Source: Candidatus Hermodarchaeota archaeon (GTDB lineage Archaea > Asgardarchaeota > Lokiarchaeia > Sigyniarchaeales > SOKP01). Taken from it: 64,000 nt of DNA. Below the pieces are notes generated by a model. The model worked only from the letters and a program-made list of their open reading frames with translations. It had not been told where the DNA came from and did not search any database. Position numbers and translations under genes: made by a program. Positions within the stretch are counted from its first letter, which is position 1. Each line of letters starts with the position of its first letter. The stretch spans positions 1-64,000 of the forward strand of contig JBHLLO010000001.1 of assembly GCA_048885535.1 (NCBI GenBank), read 5' to 3'. Of the stretch, positions 48,699 to 59,577 are shown piece after piece.

Positions 48699-50192
48699 AT
48701 GACAGATGAACTAAGAGAAGAAGATAAGGAAAATAAGACTGAAAGTAAATCTGAAAAAGATGATGACAGGGTAGATAAAGAATTCCTAAGTAAAGCAAAA
48801 GAGTCAAGAGATTTAATAGACAAAAAATTGAGGACCTTTGAAGACAGTATTGAAGATATATCTGACACAATCAAAAATAATGATACTTTAGAGGAACAGA
48901 AGGAAAAAGAAGAAATTCGAACTGAAGAATTAAGCGAAGAAATAAAGAAAGAACAAGAAAAACTTGACTCTATAAAGAAAAAAGTTGATGATAAAGAGGA
49001 ATACCTTACTGCTCTTGAAGAAACTATAAAAGAGTTAACAGAACGATATAATAGAAAAAATGAAGAAATGCAGAACCTGGAGGAAAGACTAAAGATTATT
49101 CAAGAAAGTAAAGAAAACCTTGAAGAAGAATATAAAGAACTTATAAAAAACAATGAGCAGCTAATAAAAACCTATGAAACTCGACAAGTGGATCTAATTG
49201 TACTAACAGATAGTGTAAAAGAAAAAGTTACAACTCAAGATGAATTGAGAAACAAAATCTCTAAGATTAATCAAGAAGTTCAAGAAAAGGAAGAAATTCT
49301 GCAAAAACAAAAAGAGGAAGCAGAAGCTTTAGAAAAAAAAATTAAAAGCTTAAGCGCGGAAAATGAGACCTTAAAGGTTTCAATTGGTAAAAATAGATTT
49401 GAATTAGACCACACAAATAAAGAAATTGAAGCAAAAGAGGAGGAGAAGAAGCTTTTAACAGAACAATTAGAGAAAAGAGAACAACGAATAAAAACAATTG
49501 AACAACAAATTGAAGATTATAAACAAGGATTTCCAGAAATGGAGAAACAAAGACAAACATATGAAGAACTATTTGCTAAATACAAAGTTCAATTAACTGA
49601 AAAACAGCAGCAATTAATTGATTCTGAATCAAAAATTCAAGACTTGACTGAATCTATGGCTTCATTTGACGAACAAATATCAAAAAAGGAGGAGCTAATA
49701 GAAGCTAATGAAAAAAGGTTAGATGACTTAAAAAAGAATATTGATGCGACTAATACGGAATATATTGAACGAGAAGAAAGATTAAACTCACTTACTGAAA
49801 AATTAGATTTTATGCAAGCCGAGCACGATAAGTTAAGTAAAGCAAAAGAAGTTATAGAAAAAAGTACAAATGAATCTAAAGCTTTACTTCAAAAACTTAA
49901 GATTGAATTAGAAAATCAAGAAGAAGAAATAAGAGATAAGGAAAGTAGAATCCACAGATTAGAAACTCTTTCATTTATATATAGGCTCTCAAAATTCTTT
50001 GGGGGGATATTAATTGGAGTTGGGATCTTTTTTATTATTCTTGTGATAGGAGATATATTTAACTTTATTAATTTTGGGGATGTTCAGATTATAAACCTTG
50101 GAGATTTAAGTTTCGGGGTTGTAAGTTTATTACTATTTATAAGCGCTTTATTTTCGATAATCTCTGGAATTTTTCATCTAGAAAAGTCCTAG
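48699..50192 (+). CDS. Long coiled-coil protein with C-terminal double TM anchor
   Basis: About 430 aa of E/K/Q-rich heptads, then FFGGILIGVGIFFIILVIG and FGVVSLLLFISALFSIISGIF. Confidence 0.8.
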   Translation: MTDELREEDKENKTESKSEKDDDRVDKEFLSKAKESRDLIDKKLRTFEDSIEDISDTIKNNDTLEEQKEKEEIRTEELSEEIKKEQEKLDSIKKKVDDKEEYLTALEETIKELTERYNRKNEEMQNLEERLKIIQESKENLEEEYKELIKNNEQLIKTYETRQVDLIVLTDSVKEKVTTQDELRNKISKINQEVQEKEEILQKQKEEAEALEKKIKSLSAENETLKVSIGKNRFELDHTNKEIEAKEEEKKLLTEQLEKREQRIKTIEQQIEDYKQGFPEMEKQRQTYEELFAKYKVQLTEKQQQLIDSESKIQDLTESMASFDEQISKKEELIEANEKRLDDLKKNIDATNTEYIEREERLNSLTEKLDFMQAEHDKLSKAKEVIEKSTNESKALLQKLKIELENQEEEIRDKESRIHRLETLSFIYRLSKFFGGILIGVGIFFIILVIGDIFNFINFGDVQIINLGDLSFGVVSLLLFISALFSIISGIFHLEKS

Positions 50193-50244
50193 ATTTAAAG
50201 CTTTTTAAAAAAATGTTCTAATTAATATTATTCATTGATAAAAA

Positions 50245-52116
50245 TTGAGTGATAGTAAAAAAGAAGAAGCCATACCAAAAAGAACCCTTAGCTTATCTAA
50301 AGGAATTATTTATGGTGTTGGTTGTGGAATAGGAGGATCAATATTCGTTCTTCTAGGTATAGGAATTGATACTGCCGGTCCTGGAATTTTAATAAGTATA
50401 ATTTTAGCTGGGATTCTTATCTTTTTTACTGGTCTTAATTATGCAGAGTTATCTACCAGTTTACCTATAGCAGGTGGTGCTTATAATTTTACAAAAGAAG
50501 GATTAGGAGGTTTTCTTGCATTTATAATTGGCTTTTTTTTATGGATAGCTAATACTGCAGCCTGCTCTTTTTCTGCCCAAACATTTGCTTTTGTAATTAA
50601 CGAAGTACTAAAGGCTAATAATATTGTAATGTCCACTCCTATCATAATCATTATAGGCATTTTACCAGTATTGTTAACAAGCTTAGTAATATTCAGGACT
50701 CAGAAAATTGCTGCTAGAGTTCTATTAATTTTTACGTTTATTCTTATAGGGATGTTTGGCTTTTTTATAATCTCAGCATTAATACTGCCATTATTTCAAA
50801 TATCAGACGGATACTCAAATTTTATATTTTCAGGTACTAGCATTTTTGGAATAATTTCAGCATTCTCTCTATTATTTATTTTATATACATCAATTACATC
50901 CAATTTAGCATATTTAAACGCAGACCTAAAGAATCCATCAAAAAATATTCCAAAAACAAACATATATGCCATAATAATAACTATTGGTATATATCTATCA
51001 ATAACATTGGCAGTTCTACTTAATCTAGAATCTGGATCTACTGATTTAAGAGGAACACCCGTCTTATTAGCCGAAATTTTAGAAAGTATAATGGGCCCAT
51101 TTGGATTTTATTTTATGGCTGCTGCAGCTTTACTATCTACACTTATAGCAATAAACGCTGCATTAGGGTCAGCAGTAAGCGTTATAGCTGCTTTAGCAAG
51201 AGATAGATATATTCCTAAAAAAATAAAAGCAATTAAAAAAAGACCTGATATGCCTGCTTTAGCTTTAATGATTACTGCTTTTCTAGCAATGGTTTTTACA
51301 ATATTTGCAGGAATAGGTTTAACAGCAGAAACTACAAACCTTATCTATTTCATCGCTTTAGCTTCTATTAATTATGCTGCTTTCAAACTAAGACGAAAAA
51401 GGAAAGAATTAGATCGCCCCTTTAAGGCCCCTTTCTTTCCATACCTTCAAATTCTACTATTTATTTGTTTTCTTACTTTTGCTGTCATATTTGGAATTGT
51501 TTTTTCAATTGGAGCTCTTATATTAGGTATAATTATTTCTATAATAGGTGTGACATATTACTTGTTAACAATTGCAGACAAACCATCAATTTCTTTAACC
51601 GTGGCTGGAATTAAGTTTATTATTGTACTCGGAGTTGGTTTTGTAATATGGATGGTAAACAATTTTTCTATTATAAATTCATTTACTGTCTTAATAAACC
51701 GAATTTTAATAGTAATATCCATCTTTACGATTATAACTGTAATTTTCGATCTTTTTCCTCTTCGTGAGGTAATTTATTACTTTATTAAAAAAGTGGATAA
51801 GAAAAAGGTTGCGATAAGATTTGGGGATGCCCAAATAATAGAATTAGGAAAAAGGAGGCTAAAAGTTATACATATAATAAATATAGTAATTATTTTCTTT
51901 CAATTTGTATCTGTAGTTTTAATTTTTTCTATTGTTTATCTATTGATAAATAATATATTGATTATTGAAGACATAAATCTAGGAACTATGGTGATCTCTC
52001 AAGAAGCAGGAAGTTTTTTCTTTGTTTCGATTTTGATTTTTTTTGGTATTATTCTATTTTTCAGTGGTGCTATATTATGGTATAGAGATAGAGAACTGAA
52101 GGGACTTGGAATTTAA
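50245..52116 (+). CDS. APC-family amino acid permease with extra C-terminal TM domain
   Basis: GIGGSIF, YAELSTSLPIAGGAY, KNPSKNIP, LARDRYIP, RPFKAPFFP. Confidence 0.88.
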   Translation: MSDSKKEEAIPKRTLSLSKGIIYGVGCGIGGSIFVLLGIGIDTAGPGILISIILAGILIFFTGLNYAELSTSLPIAGGAYNFTKEGLGGFLAFIIGFFLWIANTAACSFSAQTFAFVINEVLKANNIVMSTPIIIIIGILPVLLTSLVIFRTQKIAARVLLIFTFILIGMFGFFIISALILPLFQISDGYSNFIFSGTSIFGIISAFSLLFILYTSITSNLAYLNADLKNPSKNIPKTNIYAIIITIGIYLSITLAVLLNLESGSTDLRGTPVLLAEILESIMGPFGFYFMAAAALLSTLIAINAALGSAVSVIAALARDRYIPKKIKAIKKRPDMPALALMITAFLAMVFTIFAGIGLTAETTNLIYFIALASINYAAFKLRRKRKELDRPFKAPFFPYLQILLFICFLTFAVIFGIVFSIGALILGIIISIIGVTYYLLTIADKPSISLTVAGIKFIIVLGVGFVIWMVNNFSIINSFTVLINRILIVISIFTIITVIFDLFPLREVIYYFIKKVDKKKVAIRFGDAQIIELGKRRLKVIHIINIVIIFFQFVSVVLIFSIVYLLINNILIIEDINLGTMVISQEAGSFFFVSILIFFGIILFFSGAILWYRDRELKGLGI

Positions 52117-52124
52117 ATTAAATT

Positions 52125-52856
52125 TTGCCTGAAAAAATGGTAATTCCCAAAATTAATTTGCATGTTCATTCCACTTACTCCGATGGAAGAAATACTATTG
52201 AACAAATAGTTAAGAAAGCAATAGATTATGAATTAAAATATATAGCTATAACAGATCATTTCACAAATTCATGGAAAGCAAAGATAATTCCCAATTTAGA
52301 TTCTAAAGTTAAGATTGACAACTATTTAGAAGATATCTCAGAACAGCAACACTATCTAAAGCAAAAAAATACTAACTTAAGATTATTGAAAGGTATAGAA
52401 ATTGATATTAGTAGTTCAGAGAATTATATTCTAAACCTAATTGATCCTTATAAATTTGATATTCTGCTTTTTGAATATCTTGAAAACCCTGAAGGAATCG
52501 CATTCATAAAGAATGTAATTCTAAATTGGAATAAACTTTATAAATCTGAGAAAAAATTTCCTATCCTGGGTTTAGCTCATTTCGATCCATCGTTTTTTAT
52601 ATATGGCTCTCTGAATATCTTGATAAGTTTTTTAAAAGAATTTAATATCTATTTTGAATTTAATTCTAGCTATCCTCAATATTATTCTGTCAAATTCCGA
52701 GACTTTTTCGTTGAATTAGGTCGAAATAACATTATGGTAGCTATCGGATGTGATTCTCATAATTTAGTTAATCTAAATAATATCAAAGAACTTGTCAGTA
52801 CAATAAGAAATTATGGACTTATAAACAACTTATTTTCTCTAATTAATAAGCTTTAA
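52125..52856 (+). CDS. PHP-domain phosphoesterase
   Basis: HVHSTYSDG, AITDH, GIEID, AH, GCDSH. Confidence 0.9.
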   Translation: MPEKMVIPKINLHVHSTYSDGRNTIEQIVKKAIDYELKYIAITDHFTNSWKAKIIPNLDSKVKIDNYLEDISEQQHYLKQKNTNLRLLKGIEIDISSSENYILNLIDPYKFDILLFEYLENPEGIAFIKNVILNWNKLYKSEKKFPILGLAHFDPSFFIYGSLNILISFLKEFNIYFEFNSSYPQYYSVKFRDFFVELGRNNIMVAIGCDSHNLVNLNNIKELVSTIRNYGLINNLFSLINKL

Positions 52857-52888
52857 ATTAAAGGGATTGAACTATAGAATAAAAAAGG

Positions 52889-53233
52889 TTATCTTCGGAT
52901 TCTATTTACATAATTCATATAATACCTAAAAGCTTTTTCAAATATAATATCAAGTAATTGTTCATTTTGATCTACTGGCTCGGTTATTATAGCCTTTAAC
53001 TTTCCTTTTGCTATATCAAAAATCTCTTTAGCAGCAATAAGATTTTCATTTAGAGGTAAATCCATTATCTCTGAAATAGTTTTCTTATTCTTAATCTGCC
53101 ATTGATTTAGTGCACGCCAAATCATTCCTCTCATGGCTAAAAGAGGAACATTCATCAGTTCGCATAAACCATTAGAAATGTCTCGAATGACTTTTAATTG
53201 AATAGGATCAACTTTTAGTTTAATATATTCCAT
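52889..53233 (-). CDS. Hypothetical helical protein
   Basis: 114-aa ORF, in-frame extension to about 53281 possible. Confidence 0.65.
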   Translation of the reverse strand: MEYIKLKVDPIQLKVIRDISNGLCELMNVPLLAMRGMIWRALNQWQIKNKKTISEIMDLPLNENLIAAKEIFDIAKGKLKAIITEPVDQNEQLLDIIFEKAFRYYMNYVNRIRR

Positions 53234-53459
53234 TTCAGTATTTCTAAGAGCTGTATCATCAAAATTGACTAAAAAAGTAATACAAACCTCAACCCACTTG
53301 TTTTATTATTACTTCGCTAAAATAATATTTAAAAATTTAGGAATTTTTAAAACTAATTAGATATTAATTTTCAATCTATTTAAAATACTCTAGTTTAGTC
53401 AAAAGAATTAAAAAAAAAATAAAAATATCTTTTTATTAATTCATCCTTAATTTATATAT

Positions 53460-54218
53460 ATGGATTTAGATGAAAGGATTGATTTAGCAGCGAAATGGAT
53501 TGCTGAATCAAAGCGATTGGTTGTATTTACTGGAGCGGGAATATCAACTGATTCTGGATTACCTGATTATCGTGGTCCTGATGGTGTATGGACAAGGCGA
53601 GATAAAGGGTTGCCTCCACCTAAGTCCCCACCTTGGGACCAAGTTAAACCAAATCCCAATCATTATGCGATAGTAGAATTATTAGAATTGGGAAAGCTAG
53701 ATTTTCTTATATCCCAAAATGTAGATGGATTACATGCAAAATCTGGAATCCCTTTTGACAAACTAGCAGAATTACATGGCAATAGGTATTTTATGAAGTG
53801 TTTAGATTGCAATAAAAAAATGACATTTGAAGATGCAGGATGGGATAAGGCTATATGGGGACCTGGATATCGGACTGATAGAGTTCGTAGAAACCAACCA
53901 ACATGCCCCCACTGTAGTGGCAGAATAATTTCAAGTATAGTTAATTTTGGAGATCAGTTGCCTTATGACGAATTAGAAGAATCTAAAAAGCGTTCTGAAG
54001 ATGCAGATGTATTTTTTGTAATTGGTTCGTCTTTAGTAGTTACACCCGCAGCTAATATGCCTGGTTATGCCAAAAATAATGGCGCAAAGTTGATTATTCT
54101 AAATAAAGGTGATACTCCTTATGATTATATAGCCGATATAAGATTTGATAATTTAATTGAAGAAGTTTTACCTCCAATAATAGAAAAAGTGAGAGAAATT
54201 ATAAAAAGGAGTATGTAA
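53460..54218 (+). CDS. cobB: Sir2-family NAD-dependent deacylase
   Basis: TGAGISTDSGLPDYRG, QNVDGLH, ELHG, CLDC/CPHC, FGD, GSSL. Confidence 0.93.
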   Translation: MDLDERIDLAAKWIAESKRLVVFTGAGISTDSGLPDYRGPDGVWTRRDKGLPPPKSPPWDQVKPNPNHYAIVELLELGKLDFLISQNVDGLHAKSGIPFDKLAELHGNRYFMKCLDCNKKMTFEDAGWDKAIWGPGYRTDRVRRNQPTCPHCSGRIISSIVNFGDQLPYDELEESKKRSEDADVFFVIGSSLVVTPAANMPGYAKNNGAKLIILNKGDTPYDYIADIRFDNLIEEVLPPIIEKVREIIKRSM

Positions 54219-54243
54219 TTTCTTAGGAACCTTTTTAAAAATA

Positions 54244-55911
54244 CTATTGCTTTAATTTCCCATATATATTTTTCTTTGCATTATATTCTTTTAGAACTTT
54301 TTTTCCTTCTTTATTGGTTAAGGATAATGAAATTTCACTATTACGGCTTAATGAACCCGTAAAAATTTGTTGATTATTAGCATAAACTATTATATTACTG
54401 CTTGCATATTCTTGATCTGCTCTTAATACTAATCTATTTCTTAGGATTTCTATGTCTAAGTCTATTTTGTCTTCAATTGTCTTTTTTCCTACAGTAAATT
54501 CCTCTAATCGCCTATATTTCTTAGATTTTATTGGGCTAATTGGATTTATAACTATATCTTGTCCAAAAGAATAAATTTCATATTCTAATTGTTTAGTCTT
54601 ATAATCTCTTACTTCCACAACAGGTCGAGCGAGATCCTTATCTCTAAAACCGTGTGGTACTTTTACGGTCATCTTTATGGCTAAAACCCTGGAGATATCT
54701 CCATCTTCAATAAATATTATAGTATCTATTATTGAGGGAAGCATACCGAGCTCGATTCTACCAATAAACCTTTGAAGACCATCAATTGCAGAGGATGAGT
54801 GAACTACCCCAACCATTCCTACTCCAGATAATCGAAAGTCGGCATAGACTTGAAAATCGTTGGTAGTTCTTACTTCATCAAATATAGTAAAATCAGGTCT
54901 TACTAAAAGGAGTATATCTGCTGAATTTTCAAGACTTCCTTCTAGCTTAGTGTATTGTGTAATTTCTGGGTCAACTTGCAAATCTCTTACACTCTCAAGT
55001 GTTTTTACTACTTTATTTTGCTGTAAATAGAAGTTTGCTAACGCTGCTGAAAAAGTACTCTTACCAGCACCGGGTGGTCCCGCAACTAAGATTCCCTCTG
55101 CTTTCTCCAAGCGACTACGCAATCTAGAGTCAATAGAATAATCTGACAATTTTAAATTAACAAGTGGACGTACAGCAGTTATTTCTAGATCATTTGAAAA
55201 AGGAGGGCGAGTAATTACAATTCTAAATTCTCTTAATTGAGCTACAAGAGCACCAAACTTTTCAATTTCAATGAAAGAATGAGTATCCTCTCGAGTAAAT
55301 TCTACAATCTCCATAGCTATCTCTTCAAGCTGGTTTTTAGATATTGATTCCTCCATTACTTTCTCTAAATACCAGTTACCTGGACTGCCCTTCTTGGCAT
55401 ATGGTGGTAATTCTTGCTTCAAATGGATACTCATCGTATTTTTATCAAAAAATTTAATTAATGTAAGCGAGGAAGAATCAATTTTTTTTGGTGGTATTTT
55501 TTCTTTTACAGGTATTACTTCAATTCCTTCGAAAATTCCTACATCTCCCTGTATTTTATCTGAAGTGATTAAAACAGCTTTATTTTCACGAGCAGTTTCC
55601 CTAATTAAGGCATCTAATTCTCCTCCTGGAGCCATCTTAATTTCCTCACGAGTTGGCCTTTTTCCAATTATATGTAATTTAATTTTATTCTTATTATGAT
55701 ATTCTCTGAGTTTTTTTAAAACATTTAAACCCAAAAAGCCAATTTCCTTTTGGATGTTTGTTCTATACTCTACTTCAGCCACAACAATATTCGGAATAAA
55801 AATTTCTGGATATTCACCTAATTCTTCATCTTCAATCAAATCTAAAATAAGCCCGTTAAAAATAACTGAAGTATCACACACAAATTTATCTGGCATATTC
55901 TTCTTCATCAA
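54244..55911 (-). CDS. PIN-domain plus VirB11-like ATPase (PINA/MJ1533 family)
   Basis: CDTSV PIN start, Walker A GPPGAGKST, LLLVRPDFTIFDEVR, GVGMVGVVH, RPVVEVRD. Confidence 0.9.
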   Translation of the reverse strand: MMKKNMPDKFVCDTSVIFNGLILDLIEDEELGEYPEIFIPNIVVAEVEYRTNIQKEIGFLGLNVLKKLREYHNKNKIKLHIIGKRPTREEIKMAPGGELDALIRETARENKAVLITSDKIQGDVGIFEGIEVIPVKEKIPPKKIDSSSLTLIKFFDKNTMSIHLKQELPPYAKKGSPGNWYLEKVMEESISKNQLEEIAMEIVEFTREDTHSFIEIEKFGALVAQLREFRIVITRPPFSNDLEITAVRPLVNLKLSDYSIDSRLRSRLEKAEGILVAGPPGAGKSTFSAALANFYLQQNKVVKTLESVRDLQVDPEITQYTKLEGSLENSADILLLVRPDFTIFDEVRTTNDFQVYADFRLSGVGMVGVVHSSSAIDGLQRFIGRIELGMLPSIIDTIIFIEDGDISRVLAIKMTVKVPHGFRDKDLARPVVEVRDYKTKQLEYEIYSFGQDIVINPISPIKSKKYRRLEEFTVGKKTIEDKIDLDIEILRNRLVLRADQEYASSNIIVYANNQQIFTGSLSRNSEISLSLTNKEGKKVLKEYNAKKNIYGKLKQ

Positions 55912-56503
55912 TATCTATTTTAGTTATTATTTCAAACTTATTTACACTATAATAAATTGGCTTACTTAACCGGTCTACAGTGGCAACTATTAATGCCTTT
56001 CGAGAGCTCATTGCCACGCGAGACATTTTATCTAAGTCTTTTAATTCGATCGGATATCCTTCAAATACGGGATATATTAAATATTTTGCTGCATCTGTGT
56101 TGATATCTGCTCCCCTTTTATAAACTCGAAAATCAATTCCATCACCATATCCAGCTCTAACAATATAACCCCGTTTGCGCAAATCCATATAAATGATATA
56201 CTTTTGCCACAATCTAGGGTCATACTGTGTGAATTCTATTAATAAATCTTCAAAACTATACATTTGGTTAGTTTTGTTATTGTCTTTCCATAACAATAAC
56301 CTGTTTCGTTCACATAAAAGCAATACTTCAATAGGTTCTAAAATTAGTGATTGTTCACCAGTATCTTTCTCTTCTAAAGTTCCAATATAGGAATTATTAT
56401 AAAATTCATCTATTGCTTTTTCATCAAAAATATATACTTTATCTTCCTTGATAATTGCTTCAAACTGAGCTTTCTCTACCTTTTCATCAGCTTTTTCTGT
56501 CAT
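55886..56503 (-). CDS. endA: tRNA-splicing endonuclease subunit
   Basis: LEPIEVLLL, YMDLRKRGYIVRAG, DFRVY, RVAMSSRKALIVA. Confidence 0.82.
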   Translation of the reverse strand: MTEKADEKVEKAQFEAIIKEDKVYIFDEKAIDEFYNNSYIGTLEEKDTGEQSLILEPIEVLLLCERNRLLLWKDNNKTNQMYSFEDLLIEFTQYDPRLWQKYIIYMDLRKRGYIVRAGYGDGIDFRVYKRGADINTDAAKYLIYPVFEGYPIELKDLDKMSRVAMSSRKALIVATVDRLSKPIYYSVNKFEIITKIDIDEEEYAR

Positions 56504-56647
56504 TTTCCTATTTATTATAGAGTTTTATATTTAATGAACTTAATCATAATAAGGAGATAATAATTATCATAAATTACATAAAATAAACTGTATTTTTATC
56601 TCTATCATCAGTTGATCTATTATAGAATAAATAATTAAGAAAAAATT

Positions 56648-57532
56648 CTATTTATTTGATCTAGATATTATAAAATCTATGAATTTACCGACATCTTTGA
56701 CATTTTCATAGACTTTTGGAGCCTTTTCTTCTAAATAACCTTTAAAAACATCCCAATTTTCCTTCTTACCTATAGGCGCTTCTGTTAATAACTTTTTAGC
56801 TTCAAAAATGTCATAACTGAAGATTAGAGCATTATCGACTCTATTAGCATCGCTACTTAATAAAAAGATGTAAAACTCATTTAAATCCCAAGGATTTAAT
56901 ACATGAGCAGGTTTATTTCCATCCCCCGCTTTCTTACCTCTTAATGCACGTGTATCTACCTGTGTTGGTAACACCATATTAAAAGTTATATTCTCTCGCT
57001 TATATTCTAAAGCCATAGCTTTTTGCATTCCTACAATAGCATATTTACTTGCAGCATATGCAGTAAATTTTGGTGGAGCGTTCGGATATGCTTCACTTCC
57101 AGTTATTATGAATCTTGCTTTATTATTTTTATCTTCTTTATACATATAAGGATATGCTGCTTTAAACGTGAAAAATACCCCTAATACGTTAGTATTTAAA
57201 ATTTGAGAGAACTTTTCATTATCAAATTCATGAGTAGCCCACATTCGAGAATAACCCGCATTAGCAACAACGCCATTTAACGGACCAAGTTCTTCAAAAA
57301 AGGTTTTAAATGTAACTTCAACTTCATCATACTTGCTGATATCTGCTGTTTTGACAACTACTTTCACATTAATCCCAAGAGAAATTATTTCTTGTTTAGT
57401 GTTGTTTAATTCTTCTAATGTACGAGACATTAAACCAATATTTGCGCCCTCCTTAGCGCAAGCTATAGCAACAGCTTTACCTATGCCTCTCCCGGAGCCA
57501 GTTATCACAATATTTTTACCTTTTAATAACAT
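56648..57532 (-). CDS. SDR-family oxidoreductase
   Basis: TGSGRGIG, NAG, YAASK. Confidence 0.92.
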   Translation of the reverse strand: MLLKGKNIVITGSGRGIGKAVAIACAKEGANIGLMSRTLEELNNTKQEIISLGINVKVVVKTADISKYDEVEVTFKTFFEELGPLNGVVANAGYSRMWATHEFDNEKFSQILNTNVLGVFFTFKAAYPYMYKEDKNNKARFIITGSEAYPNAPPKFTAYAASKYAIVGMQKAMALEYKRENITFNMVLPTQVDTRALRGKKAGDGNKPAHVLNPWDLNEFYIFLLSSDANRVDNALIFSYDIFEAKKLLTEAPIGKKENWDVFKGYLEEKAPKVYENVKDVGKFIDFIISRSNK

Positions 57533-57617
57533 AATTGAATCAAAAATTATTGAAATAAAAGATTTACTTTAATTGATAATAAATAATTAATACATCTTCT
57601 ACTTTTTTTCCTTAATA

Positions 57618-58211
57618 ATGAATGAGTCGTTTGAAAAGTTTAAGGATTATTTTAAGGATTCATCCAAAGTGGTATTTATGGGTATTGGGGAAGAAAAATT
57701 AAGAGATGATGGAGTGGGTCCTTATATTATTGGTGAACTCTTAAAACATTATAATATGAGAAATCCCTTAAACGACATGTTTTTATTTATAAATGCTGGA
57801 ACTGACCCCATGTCAAGAGTGGACGAAATAGTTAAATTCAACCCTTCGCATCTAATCATCGTTGATACCTGTACATTAAATAAACCCCCTGGAACAGTTG
57901 CAATTCTAGAACGTGAAAATATAGGTGAATATGTGCCAATTTCCTCTCATACAGTCCCTATACATATTGTTATTGATTTTCTTCTAAACAGGATTCCACA
58001 GTTAGAAGTATTTATGATTGGATTTGTTCCAGAAAGTCTCGAAGGCTTTGAAGATTTAGAATTCTATAAGGGAGATAGAATTAATTTTGAAGAGTTAGAT
58101 AAGAATATCGATTTACCCTTTTTTAAAATTAATTTGACTAGCAAAATAGAAAAAGCAGCACTAAAAGTTATAGAATTCATAAAAAATGTAATTGAAGAAT
58201 TGAGAAAATGA
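57618..58211 (+). CDS. hycI: Hydrogenase maturation protease (HycI-like)
   Basis: GIGEEKLRDDGVG, IVD, PG, SSHTVP. Confidence 0.8.
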   Translation: MNESFEKFKDYFKDSSKVVFMGIGEEKLRDDGVGPYIIGELLKHYNMRNPLNDMFLFINAGTDPMSRVDEIVKFNPSHLIIVDTCTLNKPPGTVAILERENIGEYVPISSHTVPIHIVIDFLLNRIPQLEVFMIGFVPESLEGFEDLEFYKGDRINFEELDKNIDLPFFKINLTSKIEKAALKVIEFIKNVIEELRK

Positions 58212-58225
58212 ATACCCTTTCTTTT

Positions 58226-59446
58226 TTAGAATATCCAAATTAAGAGTAAAATTATGGATATAAGTCCTACCAAAAAGGTAATACATCCCCAGGAGGTTAA
58301 AGCATTTTTAATATAATTTATTCTAAAGTCAACAGCCTCGTAAGGACATAACTCTACACAGCAATAGCACATTATACATTTCTCTTTAATCCATCTAGGT
58401 ACATTTCCTTTCTTTAATTCTTCTGGTGGAATGATTGCCTTTCCAGGGCAATTACTCCAACAAGTTGAGCATAGTTTACAGTTTTCTTGTTTAAACCTAA
58501 CTCTAGCTTTAAATATAGTTCTACCAACATAATCTGCAAGCCATCTGGGTAATGGCATTGAAATTGGTCGCTTAGTGGGACGTTTAAAATCTCTTCTTAT
58601 AGTCTGAATATCTTCACCTAATAATTCAGTCTTTGTTAAATTTGTTGTTCCTAAACCTTTCTGCTCTGCTTTGGTTAAATAGAAAACATCCTTGGGATCA
58701 AAACCAATTATTTTACATACAGTTGTATCTAAAGCAACACCATCAAAACCAGCTAAAATCAAATCTAATTTCACGACATCTCCTTGGGAGGGTCCTTTAC
58801 CTTCCTGACATAAATATCCATCTATAACTGTTAATTGCGGATTCGAAACAGAATAAATATCTGCCAATGCTGAACTAAATCTATCTAATGTTGGAAATTG
58901 AGCATGGGTTTTAGCTTTATTCCCTAGTAACATAGTGCCAAACATATTTTTAATACAGCAAGTAAGAAGACACTGCCAATGTGTCTTTATTTTTGGAATA
59001 TTAATAATTAAATCTGCTTTTTTAATCAAATCTGAGCTTACAAATTCTTTTAATTCTAAAGGATTATTAACTTAATAATGTTCTCTCTCCGTTTTTTCAA
59101 AATGTATACATTCTACTCCCTCTTCTTGACAAACAGAGAGAATCCCGCTTTCTTTCATCGCTAATTCAGTAATTCCTGGTTTTTGGCCCCCTGCTGAATC
59201 ACATACATATACTTCTAAAGGATTAAACGATTTTACCCACTGAATTACTGATCTTACTACTTCTGGATGAGTATTTACAGCTCTTTCCGTTGGCTTTCCT
59301 ATAAGCAAGTTTGGTTTTATTAAAATAACCATGTCCTTTTTTATCATTAATTCCTGAGCATTTATTAGTTTAAGGGCGTTAAAAACAGCAGTTTTTATAT
59401 CATCATTGCTTATCTTCTGAATAGCAATTTTAGTCCTACTAATCAT
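58226..59446 (-). pseudogene. DUF362 plus 2x[4Fe-4S] ferredoxin protein interrupted by a single in-frame TAA
   Basis: IKPN, THPEVV, PKIKTH, KNMFG, EGKGP, CKLCSTC..CP, CIMCYCC..CP; the two track ORFs share a frame, and TAA at 59072-59074 is followed by 14 open codons (VNNPLELKEFVSSD). Confidence 0.85.
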
Positions 59447-59577
59447 TTTTGTAACCCAATCCTACATAATAAATGAGCCTTTTATTAAATTTATGGACTG
59501 ATATTTTAATTTTGAAAATATTTCAATCGGATAATTTTAAAAAAAGAAAAAGTAAAAAATAAAAAAAGAAAATTTAT

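Noticed and set aside
59072-59074. Selenocysteine/pyrrolysine recoding at the internal stop
   Set aside because: The codon is TAA, not TGA or TAG, and I recognised no SECIS-like hairpin
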